Shown: positions 30,438 through 40,975 of the stretch, one piece after another
Numbering within the stretch: position 1 is the first letter of the stretch
Layout of the letters: each line of letters begins with the position of its first letter
Origin: a virus
Taxonomy: Duplodnaviria > Caudoviricetes
IMG/VR virus record: IMGVR_UViG_3300025000_000055
DNA length: 64,000 nt
Reading direction: 5' to 3' (one strand)
Program-made: the position numbers and the translations under genes
Notes under the pieces: generated by a model
Databases searched by the model: none
The model's input: only the letters and a program-made list of their open reading frames with translations
What the model was told of the DNA's origin: nothing

Positions 30438-30566
30438 TTATTTTACATTTAAAAATAATAATACACAAATATAACCAACAGAAAATATACCAAATAAACA
30501 AATAATAATAAAACCAATTTTTTCAATTGTTGTTAATTCACTGCCATTATCTTCTGGGTCTATCAT
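30438..30566 (-). CDS. Small membrane protein (42 aa), not in ORF track
   Basis: GAGGTG RBS; MIDPEDNGSELTTIEKIGFIIICLFGIFSVGYICVLLFLNVK with one TM helix. Confidence 0.65.
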   Translation of the reverse strand: MIDPEDNGSELTTIEKIGFIIICLFGIFSVGYICVLLFLNVK

Positions 30567-30595
30567 AAATTGAGATTCACCTCATAAGTTTGATT

Positions 30596-30973
30596 TTATC
30601 TAAGTTTTTTAATATCAAAATTTTTCTTAATATAATCAACTTCAGGTGAAGGTTGAAATTCACCCTTAGGGATATATATTGCTAACATATCTCTCCCATT
30701 AGGATCTTTAGAAGATATTGTAACAACATACTTTGTATTCACATCAAAGTTTGTTTTACCATCTCCTTTATATATAATATTACAGTTCTTAGGGATAATT
30801 AATGTTAACTTATCTCTAACTAATAAATACTTGTTAAATTTCATTGGATCATTTGTCACCCGAATTAGGTACTGGTTATCTATATCAATTTTATTGATAA
30901 GATATTCTAATTCATCTTTTGTTAATTCAGGTGCTCTCTTACTGATTATCCCAATCAGTCGGGCAACCTTCAC
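30596..30973 (-). CDS. Hypothetical protein (125 aa)
   Basis: ORF downstream of an early-type promoter; true start may differ. Confidence 0.6.
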   Translation of the reverse strand: MKVARLIGIISKRAPELTKDELEYLINKIDIDNQYLIRVTNDPMKFNKYLLVRDKLTLIIPKNCNIIYKGDGKTNFDVNTKYVVTISSKDPNGRDMLAIYIPKGEFQPSPEVDYIKKNFDIKKLR

Positions 30974-31048
30974 CTCCAGACGAATCTTCCTAAAGTATCC
31001 TCGTTTAATTTCATTCTCCCCCTTAAATTTTTCTTACTTATTACGCAA

Positions 31049-31060
31049 ATAATATATATT
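31049..31060 (-). promoter_or_regulatory. Early-type promoter AATATATATTAT
   Basis: Exact motif. Confidence 0.6.
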
Positions 31061-31108
31061 TATAACATTAGAATATACGATTTTTTAAATATTATTAAAT
31101 TTAAAGTT

Positions 31109-31462
31109 TTAATGTATAACAATAAAATCAACTGATTCAGAATAATAACCATTAGAATAACCATACCATCTAATAGTAACATAACCTTTTATTGTTGCAA
31201 ATTTATAAAAGGTCCATGTACAACTATGAATTACATGTTTACAATCATCTCTATTAGTGATTTTCTCTGCCATTATTATAGGGGAATTAATTAAATTATT
31301 TAGGTCTCCTATAATATCCTCAATAAGAACAGTTTCACAACATTTTTGGGCATGATACATTATATATTTGGTACCATCATTTTCACAAAAAAATAATTCA
31401 TCGTTTCCATTCTGTTTTATTTCTACTATTATTTTTCCAACTAATTCTTTAACATTAATCAT
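31109..31462 (-). CDS. Conserved phage protein
   Basis: MYHAQKCCETV.IEDI.GDL ... TWTFYK.AT.KG.VTIRW.G.SNGYYSE, a motif set common in small phage proteins. Confidence 0.75.
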   Translation of the reverse strand: MINVKELVGKIIVEIKQNGNDELFFCENDGTKYIMYHAQKCCETVLIEDIIGDLNNLINSPIIMAEKITNRDDCKHVIHSCTWTFYKFATIKGYVTIRWYGYSNGYYSESVDFIVIH

Positions 31463-31544
31463 AAAATTACCTCCCTTTATTCACGCTCCTAATTATGTTA
31501 TATAAATAATATAACATAATTAGGATATTTTAAATTATTATTTT

Positions 31545-34039
31545 TTAAATATTGTTAAATTCATATAGACCAATGATCTGGTCTTTTAATAGATTAAAAT
31601 CATCATTAAATAAACCATCATTTCTAGAAATAAACATGGAGGTCACTGGGTTAAAGGTCTTATTAAAGGCTTTTATATGTTTTTTAGACTTCAAGGATAT
31701 GATATTTAGAATATCTCCGTCAAACATTATGTTTTATATAAAACATAAACTGTATTTTCATACAGAATGGACTATATCTTCATCCTACTATTGTAGGAGC
31801 TATGTGCTTCCCAACCAGCCCACAAACTGATCAGTACTTTACTCACTTATATTCAATATATTTTACTTGATATAAGCTTTCAATAGTCTCTAGACCCATC
31901 TCCACTAGTTTATATAATTTAATATAATTTTTATCCATAAGATTCTCATATAAATAACTTCTATCAATGTTATCATCTAATCTAAAAACATACCATCCAC
32001 AAACACGATAACCATTTAAAATAAAATGACTAATTATATCTCTACCCTTACCAATAAAATTACCAAATAATTTTCCACTATCACAAATATAACAATTATT
32101 ATCTCTAAATACTATAACCCTTTTTGATTTTTTCTTTTTTGTAATACCTGTTTCTTTAAGACCTTTATGAGATTTTGACATTAATTCTTTGGTCGTTTGA
32201 TTTAAACAACCTTTTAAATCACCCAAGCGGGAATTATATCCAAATTCAGGATTTGTTGTATTAAAATACAGTATATAATATTTTTCCTTTCTGGATAATT
32301 CTTTTTTAGAAAAAGCATCATCTATTACTTCAAAACTAAAATTATGAAAACCTATTTTATTAATAATTCTCATAATTGTGTAATTATATTTTTTATTAGA
32401 AAAAACTTTACGTGTTTTATATTCATTAATTCTACGTATTATATTTTTAGTTTGACCGATATATTTTTTACCATTGTTTTTATTTGTTAGAACATATATA
32501 AACCCGTAAGGTTTTATGTTGATTATCATATATTTATTTTCACCTCCTTATTTTTCCTTATAAACTAGTGGAGTTTGGCACGGTATTGCCTGCTATCCAT
32601 ATTTCAGGACCGTAGGTTCTCTTAGTCAGTGTTTTCGCTTATGGACATGTCATATAGACAAGACTTGTAATTGTCATACAAGTAATCTTATTTAACTGAT
32701 ACCGTTAGCAAGTAATAATAAAATATTACTCACACCGCTTGTTAAGCGTTCACATAGAACTCGCTATATCATTACTGATACGCCGGACCTTGATGGTAGA
32801 TTGATCCGCATTTAAAACCTTTAATATTTGTATAGGTAAACTCATTGTATATTGATCTGTATTATCATTCTTAATATCAACTATTTTCATTAAAAGCATA
32901 GATCCATAATTAATTGTAGGGTTTCTATTGATAAGAACTTTTGGTTCCCACTTCTTTAATAAATATTTCATTATTTCATATATTTTATTATTATAAACAA
33001 TGGTACCTTTATACCAATATTCATATGCTTCATTCTCAGAAATATCATTTATTCTAGAAACATGAGTTATTATCTCATATTTATACAATTCTAAAAATGC
33101 CAAATAACCTAATTTAATTTCATTTGCTTTTAAAACAGGATCAGGTATTACAACGCAGCGGGCTGAAAAATTAATTTTACCACCGAGAATCTCCCATTTG
33201 ATATGACCTTTTCTTTGATCTATCTGTTTAAATATTAAATAACATAATTCAATTAATTTCTTTTGAATTATACTAAGAATTTTATTCTCATCTATATCCC
33301 CCCAGTCTTTATTCTTTCTAGTTTCTATTAAGTCTCTATCTTTTAATAGATTGCTTAAAGAAACTATTGGATTATATTTCTTATCCATAGAATTATAGAA
33401 AAATGATTCTCCTTTAAATTGAGAGGGTCTCAATACAGATGAATAAACTGGAATACATGAAGCAAATACTTTATCCTTCTCTTTATATAATTCTTCAATC
33501 ATTTCAATCTTATTCTTCTTTTTGGCTCTATAATAATCCATTATTTCATCAAATCTTTCTTTGAACTCCATAATACCAATACCTTTAAATGGAGTTTTAC
33601 CTTGTTTATTAATTATATGACCGTCCTTAGTAAATTCTTTATCATATTCAATAATTTCAAGGAAACCCTTTTCTCCAATTATTGATTTTAACATCCTGTA
33701 AAATATTGGATGTATTATAAAATACTCACCTAATTTAATCCAACCAGTAATCTTTAAATCAACATCTTTAAATTTAACTATTGTACCACATATAGAACAT
33801 TCTTCTTCATCATATAATCTACCTTTTAACTCACCACATTCACAAGTATATCTTTCAGCAAATGCATCATCATCTTCAAAATCTGTAGCAAATAAAGGTG
33901 ATTGGATACCATATTTAGATTTCTTCTGCTTACCTTTAAAAGCAGGTTCTTTTATTTCAAAACCTTTTCCTATAATAAAATCCTTTTCACACTCCTCATC
34001 CCAATTTAATTTTACTAGTCTAACTTCATCATGTTTCAA
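31545..34039 (-). CDS. rpoC: Non-virion RNA polymerase beta' N-terminal subunit, spliced: exons 34039-32804 and 31724-31545 (471 aa)
   Basis: Zn finger CECG..CSIC, GGKINFSAR, NRNPTI; splicing joins NAD+FDGD, the catalytic motif; C-terminal FNLLKDQIIGL resembles AR9 nvRNAP beta'N as recalled. Confidence 0.9.
31725..32803 (-). mobile_element. Group I intron (1079 nt) with GIY-YIG homing endonuclease, inside the NADFDGD motif
   Basis: P1 CGGAU/GUCCG; GCTAACGG (P4), AATACCGTG (Q), GAGACTA (R), AAGATATAGTCC (S); omega-G at 31725. Confidence 0.9.
31843..32529 (-). CDS. Intron-encoded GIY-YIG homing endonuclease
   Basis: GFIYVLTNKNNGKKYIGQT..RR..EY, E and GYN residues; NUMOD-like C-terminal half (ETKELMSKSHKG); AAGGAGGTG RBS. 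Confidence 0.9.
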   Translation of the reverse strand: MIINIKPYGFIYVLTNKNNGKKYIGQTKNIIRRINEYKTRKVFSNKKYNYTIMRIINKIGFHNFSFEVIDDAFSKKELSRKEKYYILYFNTTNPEFGYNSRLGDLKGCLNQTTKELMSKSHKGLKETGITKKKKSKRVIVFRDNNCYICDSGKLFGNFIGKGRDIISHFILNGYRVCGWYVFRLDDNIDRSYLYENLMDKNYIKLYKLVEMGLETIESLYQVKYIEYK

Positions 34040-34169
34040 ATATAATACACCTCCATTTAATTATCTTATTTAAAAGTTCTTAGACTTTTAAATCTCTACT
34101 AAAATATAATATATGTATAAAAAAAATATTGTTTATCAGAAAATTATATTCTGATAAACAATAATAAAA

Positions 34170-34529
34170 TTATTGAATTTTAAAAGGAGTTTTTAACAAT
34201 TTAAATATATCTTTTACCATTACCAATAATATATGAAAATGATGTTCATAAAAATCATTAACACCAGTTTTTTCTATTTCCTCTTTAAAACCTTTCATAA
34301 TCTCACACTTATCTTCTTTATAGTTATAATCAAGGATTTCTAAAATTTGTTCTTTAACATTTCTCTTACAAATTTCTTTATTTTTTACACCAGCTGGAGT
34401 TACAAATACCTCAGTTTTTTTCATAATTTCTTTTAATATATTTTCATTTAATTCATTAACATTTTTTAAAAATACATTAAAGTCAGTGGTATTATTTATT
34501 TCTAAAATTAATTTTTTATTCTCACCCAT
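34170..34529 (-). CDS. Hypothetical protein
   Basis: ORF with RBS in a co-oriented operon. Confidence 0.65.
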   Translation of the reverse strand: MGENKKLILEINNTTDFNVFLKNVNELNENILKEIMKKTEVFVTPAGVKNKEICKRNVKEQILEILDYNYKEDKCEIMKGFKEEIEKTGVNDFYEHHFHILLVMVKDIFKLLKTPFKIQ

Positions 34530-34554
34530 TTTTTCAACATCACCCCATTTTTAT

Positions 34555-34779
34555 TTATTCTTTCCAGTTCATATTCTCTTTAATTGTAGTTAATAATAGC
34601 TTTTCATATTCTTTTTTATTTTGTAAAACTTCTTCAATAGTATTATTTGAATGAACAAAAGCTATTACAGTTTCATGACCAATAGGATTTTTTAATACCA
34701 ATCTAGTAGTTGTTTTAGTAGTATCAACATATTTATTTGATACATCATGAACATCTATAAATAACTCAAAACCTATCAT
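34555..34779 (-). CDS. Hypothetical protein
   Basis: GGAGGG RBS. Confidence 0.65.
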   Translation of the reverse strand: MIGFELFIDVHDVSNKYVDTTKTTTRLVLKNPIGHETVIAFVHSNNTIEEVLQNKKEYEKLLLTTIKENMNWKE

Positions 34780-34802
34780 ATACCCTCCATTTAGAAAATA
34801 GT

Positions 34803-35204
34803 TTATACTTCGTTTTTCCTATTTTCTAATTCCATTAATGAGCGTTCTAACATTATTCTTTGAATCATATAAATTTCTTTCATATGATTTTCTTTTTCCG
34901 ATTCATATAAAACTATTAATATTTCTATTTCATTTTTTATCCAAATTGACAAATTTTTTATTCTATTATTAGCTCTAAATAATTCATTACTAAGTCTAGT
35001 ATTATGATCGTGAAAATGTTGTCTACTACGAATAAGTTGTTCTTTTGTAACATCTTTAAAAAGTTTATTTTCAATTTCAGTTAATTCTAAATCTGGTGTA
35101 GGAACATTACCAAATATTTTTTCAATTAGTTCCCAGCCTTTATCTAAAGCATTATTTATTTGTTGTTCAATTAAATCTTTATCAGCTTTATCATTAACAT
35201 GCAT
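34803..35204 (-). CDS. Hypothetical coiled-coil protein
   Basis: GGGGG RBS. Confidence 0.65.
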   Translation of the reverse strand: MHVNDKADKDLIEQQINNALDKGWELIEKIFGNVPTPDLELTEIENKLFKDVTKEQLIRSRQHFHDHNTRLSNELFRANNRIKNLSIWIKNEIEILIVLYESEKENHMKEIYMIQRIMLERSLMELENRKNEV

Positions 35205-35227
35205 TTTATAACATACCCCCTTTTAAT

Positions 35228-35497
35228 TTATTTTTCGTTTCCAGCTATTATTCTTATATCCTGTGAAGGAACATAATCAAGTATAACCTGTTTATTTAAA
35301 AATTCATTTAATTTAGGCATACTGTCAAAAGAACTCTCAACCTTCATATTATCAGGATTTAGTAATAAAACATTATCGTTAATCTTATTAAATATAATTA
35401 TACGCTTTATATGATATATACCATCAATATATTGAATATAATCTCCAATATTAAAGGCATACTTTGTCTTACTACCCTCTCTTATAAAAACAGGCAT
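35228..35497 (-). CDS. Hypothetical protein
   Basis: AGGAG RBS. Confidence 0.65.
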   Translation of the reverse strand: MPVFIREGSKTKYAFNIGDYIQYIDGIYHIKRIIIFNKINDNVLLLNPDNMKVESSFDSMPKLNEFLNKQVILDYVPSQDIRIIAGNEK

Positions 35498-35519
35498 AAG
35501 TTCACTCTCCTTTATTTTT

Positions 35520-36818
35520 TTAAATTATTTCTTTTAATAATAATTTTTCTTTATAAGTATTAAAACTTTTAACATGTTCATTTTTATTTTTAGTTAGAAT
35601 GTTATATGTTGTTTCAACCGCTTCTTCAATGGTTAAATCATTATTACATGCTAATAAATATTTGGTACCAGTCATGATTTCTTTTAGATTAGCCATAGGT
35701 AAATTATCACTATATTTAACAAAAAGTTCTATAACTGCATTATCACTATCAGGTTTATTATCATCTTTATAGACTTTATATTCTGATAATAATTTTCCAA
35801 TATTTCTATTTTGGAAAAATGCACGGCGTATATTTTCTGATGGGTTATCAATTTTATATGTGCGATCAAAACGACCAGATCTATTCATAAAGGCAGGATC
35901 AATATGATCAGGATAATTTGTTGTACCAATGATATACACTCCAGATTGAACATCAATACCATCTAAAATATTTAGAAATTCTGATCTATTTCTTCCACTA
36001 ATTATTGAATCAATATCTTCAATTATAATAATAGCCTTTTTACCATTTAGTGATTTAATTAATATTGATAAAATTTTAGGTATATCATTAATATTAGGGT
36101 TTATTACTATTTTAGAAATCCTAGGTAATATCCTGATAATTTCCCGTATCATAGCACTTTTACCATTACCAGGTTCACCATATAAAATAACCCCTCGCTT
36201 ATACGTAATTTGTAATTTTTTATACATATTATATGTTTCCTCTTTAAAGAATAAATCAATATCTTTCATAACTTCTGTTATTGTTGAATCTTCAGTAAAT
36301 ATAAGTTTTTCTTTAATAATTTTTTTCTTCACAATATCAGCAGGTCTCTTTTCATGATTAGAAGAATTAGAGATTTCAATATATTCTCTATTTCTACATT
36401 TAAAATCAATTTCCCGAAACATATTAGTATTAGTATCTCGTTGTAATATTATCTTTGCATTTTTTGAAAATGTTTCTAAATACTCAGTGTCAATTAAAAA
36501 AGTGCATCGAATATAATAATAACCATTAGCCGTATATAACACAATAGAATTAATTTTTTTAGATATAGCAATACGCTGAAACATATTAAAATTAGATGAT
36601 AACTCATAACCATTAATCATTTCTGGTTGAGGGAGAATATCAGGGTAATCATAAACATTTCCTATATTTTTAAATTTACATTCATGAAGGATATCTTTAA
36701 TAATATCTTCACTATGTACTTGAAAATCAACCTTTTGATATTTTTCTAAATAAACACTACGTTCAAACAATTCTTCATTAACTAAGTTAACAAGTGCTAA
36801 TTCCATGGTTTTATCCAT
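35520..36818 (-). CDS. AAA+ ATPase (classical AAA clade)
   Basis: GVILYGEPGNGKS, IIIIEDID, LDG, TTNYP..IDPA..RSGRFD. Confidence 0.9.
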   Translation of the reverse strand: MDKTMELALVNLVNEELFERSVYLEKYQKVDFQVHSEDIIKDILHECKFKNIGNVYDYPDILPQPEMINGYELSSNFNMFQRIAISKKINSIVLYTANGYYYIRCTFLIDTEYLETFSKNAKIILQRDTNTNMFREIDFKCRNREYIEISNSSNHEKRPADIVKKKIIKEKLIFTEDSTITEVMKDIDLFFKEETYNMYKKLQITYKRGVILYGEPGNGKSAMIREIIRILPRISKIVINPNINDIPKILSILIKSLNGKKAIIIIEDIDSIISGRNRSEFLNILDGIDVQSGVYIIGTTNYPDHIDPAFMNRSGRFDRTYKIDNPSENIRRAFFQNRNIGKLLSEYKVYKDDNKPDSDNAVIELFVKYSDNLPMANLKEIMTGTKYLLACNNDLTIEEAVETTYNILTKNKNEHVKSFNTYKEKLLLKEII

Positions 36819-36867
36819 TATTTATACCTCCTAAAAATTATTAATACCAATTAATAATTTTTTTCAC

Positions 36868-37323
36868 TTAAAATAATTTAACTAATTTTTCTAATAGTTC
36901 TTGATAAATATACCAATCCTTACAGCAATCTTCTTTTGAGTATCCCACTATACACTCCCCTATACTTGGAATTAAACCTCTTCCACCCATCGGACGTTCA
37001 TTAAATGGTAAACTACAACCTTGTTCTGTTAATAACATACACACACCACCCCAAGAGGGATCGACAATAGGTGCATTTTTATTTCTTATTCTAAGATATA
37101 ATGTACGGTCTCTATCCTTATCAAAAATATCACCGTCCCACCAATCAATTGATATATAGTCTTTTTCAATTAAATCCTTTAAAGTTTCAAAATCTATATC
37201 TTCGAAATCTTTAGGTGAAAAGTGACATCCTAAATTTTTACAACATTTACCACCACATTCAAAACATAATTTACTATTTTCATTATTACTTTGAAAGTTA
37301 TTTTCTATTTCTATATTTAACAT
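36868..37323 (-). CDS. YkgJ-like Cys-cluster (Fe-S/Zn) protein
   Basis: CFECGGKCC..LGC ... CMLL....C....ERP. Confidence 0.7.
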   Translation of the reverse strand: MLNIEIENNFQSNNENSKLCFECGGKCCKNLGCHFSPKDFEDIDFETLKDLIEKDYISIDWWDGDIFDKDRDRTLYLRIRNKNAPIVDPSWGGVCMLLTEQGCSLPFNERPMGGRGLIPSIGECIVGYSKEDCCKDWYIYQELLEKLVKLF

Positions 37324-37339
37324 AATAAAACCTCCTAGA

Positions 37340-37792
37340 TTAATTATAAAATTCTGTATATCTCCTAATAAAATTTCTTACTTTATTAAGTTCATCAATA
37401 GTTGGTGTAAGTATATTAATACTATTCAATGAATTTAAAAAATCTTCTTCTTCAAAATGTAATTCATATTGAGGTGAATTACAATCACCATATTCGAACT
37501 CAATAGTGTCACAATTTATTTTACCTGAAATATCAATACATGTTCCGTCAGGTTTAATACAATAAGCATGTACTAAGGCTTTACTATATGTGGTTTCTTT
37601 ATTTTGTTCATTAACAAATTCTGCTTCTAAATCAAATAAAAGTTTTATATTATAACCAAGTTCTAAATGAAGAGCTTGGGCGAATATATGACATTTCCCA
37701 TATAAATACTGTTCAATAAATTTTCCATTTCCTCCCATTACTCCATAAAATGAGTGTTGTTCCATAAATTTAATCATTCTTTCTAATCTCAT
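37340..37792 (-). CDS. Hypothetical protein with possible Cys-His-Asp triad
   Basis: YGKCHIFAQAL ... VHAYC ... IDISG. Confidence 0.65.
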   Translation of the reverse strand: MRLERMIKFMEQHSFYGVMGGNGKFIEQYLYGKCHIFAQALHLELGYNIKLLFDLEAEFVNEQNKETTYSKALVHAYCIKPDGTCIDISGKINCDTIEFEYGDCNSPQYELHFEEEDFLNSLNSINILTPTIDELNKVRNFIRRYTEFYN

Positions 37793-37828
37793 TTTTCATT
37801 ATCTCCTATTTATTTTATTTTCATATTA

Positions 37829-37877
37829 ATAATATATAAATTAAAAGATATATGATAATTAATTATCATATATCTTT
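37829..37877 (-). promoter_or_regulatory. Palindromic terminator (37844-37877) followed by early-type promoter (37829-37838)
   Basis: 34-bp perfect palindrome after the nrdD stop; TATATATTAT immediately downstream. Confidence 0.6.
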
Positions 37878-37893
37878 GTCTTAATTATTATGA

Positions 37894-40316
37894 TTATACT
37901 CCATCAATATGCGTTCCTCTATCTTTAAGTTCTGATTTCTTAGCACTATTAAACATATTTATTGTACTTAAATATCCTGTAATTCTTCTTACTCTATTAA
38001 TGTCTTCAGAACTACAGCTTGGACATTCCTTAGGATATACTCCCGAATAATTACATGAACGGCAAAAATCAACTGGGAAATTAATCCCACCGTACCCAAC
38101 ATCACACTCTTTCATATATTTAATAATATTAATTACAGCTTCAGTATTATAAAGAAAGGGAGATGATGACTCAATATAAGTAATATGACCGGCATTACAA
38201 TACTTATGAAAAGACCCTTCCAACATAATTTTACTGAACCAACCAATATTATATCCTACTGGTATATGAAAACTATTAGTATAATAATCTTTATCAGTAA
38301 CCCCTGGAATGATTCCAAATTGTTTTTTATCAAGTCTTAAAAATCGACCTGACAATCCTTCAGCTGGTGTTGCTAATAGAACAAAGTTAAGTTTTCTTTT
38401 AATTGTTTCATTATCACAAAATTTTCTCATTAATTTTATAATACTTAAACCAAGTTCATATACATCAGTATCTTCTCCGTGATGTTTACCAGTTAAAGAT
38501 ACTAATGCTTCTGCAAGACCAATAAATCCAATTGACATAGATCCATGTTTGATAGATTCTTCTATCTTATCATTATAATCTAATTTGTTAGAATCTAGAT
38601 ATAAACCTTGACCCATAATAAAAGGCATATCTCTTACAAGTAGATTCTTCTGTATGTCATATCTATGATTAAGTTGATCAAATATAAGATTTGATTTACT
38701 TTCAAGTAATGTAAAAAACTTTTCAATACTACCTTTTGCTTTTATTGCAAGTCTAGGTAAATTTAATGTTGTAAATGATAAGTTACCTCTCTTATCTGTA
38801 GTTTCAGGTCCATTAATATTACCAATAACCCTAGTTCTACAACCCATATAAGCTACTTCAGCATCACCTGTGTATTGCTTATTAAAACTAGAGTCCATAA
38901 ATGAAAAAGTTGGATTTAATTTAGTACCAGCTATTTCACAAGCTAATTTAAATAAATCATAATTTGGATCTCCTGGTTCTACATTAACACCATCTTTAAC
39001 TTTAAAAATAATATTTGGAAAAATTGGATTTTCTCCCTTACCTAAACCGGCTTTATATGCAAGTAAAATATTTTTTGTCACTTTTCTTCCTGCGTCACTC
39101 ATATCAGTACCAATATTTAAACTACTGAAAGGTACCTGAGCTCCAGCTCTAGAATGCATACTATTTAAATTATAAATAAGAGCTTCACATGCTTGATAAG
39201 CCTCGTTATCATTAGCATCAACAAAAAATTCAGCCATATCCTTATCAAAGAAAGCAAATGATTGACCACCGTGCATATCCACTGTACCGCCTCTTTTGAG
39301 GTATTTCAAACGGGTTAGACTATATCATATACCTATTTTTTATATAGGTACCCTGGCACTTCGGATCGGGATTTTCACCCTTATTACCCCTACTCTACTC
39401 GCTTCGTGTATCAATGATACCTTATTTTCAACATCAGAAAAGATGTGTATAGCTTTCGATAGTCGTTAGCGTTTCTCTAATATTTTTAAAAATATTAGAG
39501 CTTACGACGGTATTACCTGCTATCCATATTTCAGGACCGTAGGCTCTCTTAGAAAGTGTATTCGTTACTATATAACTAGTACTTATTTAACTTTTACCGT
39601 TAGCCAGATATTATATCTGACACCCATCTATTGATGGTTCACCAGGTTATTCAATGTACATTACTGTACAAGGGAACAAATTAATTATTCTGAGCACTTT
39701 GTAAAACTATAGCCGCTAATGCAGTTGCACTACTTGTTCTTTTAGGCGGTCTAATCCAACCATGTCCATTATCAAAACCTTTAGTTAGTATTTCTTTTAA
39801 AGGTATTTGTAAACATGTTAGAGTTTTTCCATAAAAATCTAAATCATGTATATGAATATAACCTTCTCTATGGGCATTTGATATTTCTTCAGGTATCATT
39901 CTAGATAAATAAAATTTTCTTGAAGCTTCGCTTGCAATTTGTAACATTTTAGCCATTGGTCCAGTACCAATATTTGCATTTTCTCTTGAAGTTTCTTTTA
40001 TTATATCTTCCACACAATCCATTAATTCACTTTGGCCTTCTCTAATACGAGTTCTATTATTTCTATATAAAATATATGCTTTTGCTGTTTTAGCTTTCCC
40101 ATTATCAATTAAGACTGTTTCAACAACATCCTGTATGTCTTCAACATTATGTATATCTTTACCTAAATTTTCTAATCTATTATAAACTTCTAAAGCTAAT
40201 TTAAAAGAAGTTGAATTATCATTTCCTCCTAATGACTGAGCTGCTTTAAAAATACAACTAGCCACTGTTTCAATACTAAAATCAACTATTCTACCATCAC
40301 GTTTCATAACTTGCAT
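37894..40316 (-). CDS. nrdD: Class III (anaerobic) ribonucleotide reductase, spliced: exons 40316-39687 and 39279-37894 (671 aa)
   Basis: ATP cone VMKRDGR, IHIHDLD; splice gives QSAQN-DMHGGQS; MGCRT, ATPAEG, YYTNSFH, CxxC..CxxC, RRITGYL glycyl-radical motif. Confidence 0.95.
39280..39686 (-). ncRNA. Group I intron (ORF-less, 407 nt) in nrdD
   Basis: P1 GAAU/GUUC; GCTAACGG, AATACCGT, AACGACTA, ATGATATAGTCT; omega-G at 39280; shares a long P5 segment with the beta'N intron. Confidence 0.9.
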
Positions 40317-40348
40317 TTATATTCCCCCTTATTTTTTAATTATAATTA

Positions 40349-40909
40349 TTACACAAAATATTTATAATAAAGCTCTTTGATTATTTCAGCATCCCATAAA
40401 GCATTATGTTTTAAAGCTTCAGAATTAATTTTTTTATCTAATAAATCTTCTCTTGTAACATTAAAAGCTTTACGAGCATCTTTATTAAAGTATTTGATTA
40501 GGTCATTGTTAATATCATAACATGCTGGACATACATTTTTAGGTAAGTCAAAAGCTGTACCAAATAAATCAATAAGTAATACAAAGTCATAATGACATAC
40601 ATCTGAAACAAATAAAATTTCTTCATTATTAAATTTATTTAACCATTTCTTTAATTCTATTACTATCTCTTTTTTACTACCATAAAAATAATAATCTGGC
40701 ATTTTTGCTTTTTGTTCAATAATATTTTTTCTATTTACCCATAATTTATCAATAACATTTTTTTGTATCCAATTATCTACTTGTGATTTATTATAATCAT
40801 TGAACTCAGCATAAAAGTTGTCATCATTTTCTGATATAATACCTAATGAAATTAGAGTAGTCTCCTTATGGAGCCCTGTGAATTCGCAATCAAAAAATAA
40901 TTTTATCAT
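40349..40909 (-). CDS. DEDDh 3'-5' exoribonuclease (Rv2179c-like)
   Basis: FFDCEFTGL, LISLG, FYAEF, HNALWDA. Confidence 0.8.
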   Translation of the reverse strand: MIKLFFDCEFTGLHKETTLISLGIISENDDNFYAEFNDYNKSQVDNWIQKNVIDKLWVNRKNIIEQKAKMPDYYFYGSKKEIVIELKKWLNKFNNEEILFVSDVCHYDFVLLIDLFGTAFDLPKNVCPACYDINNDLIKYFNKDARKAFNVTREDLLDKKINSEALKHNALWDAEIIKELYYKYFV

Positions 40910-40975
40910 AATTTATTCCTCTTTTTTGTATTAATCATCCAAAGTTGTTGTTTCAGTTAATATTTCTTTTAGGTC

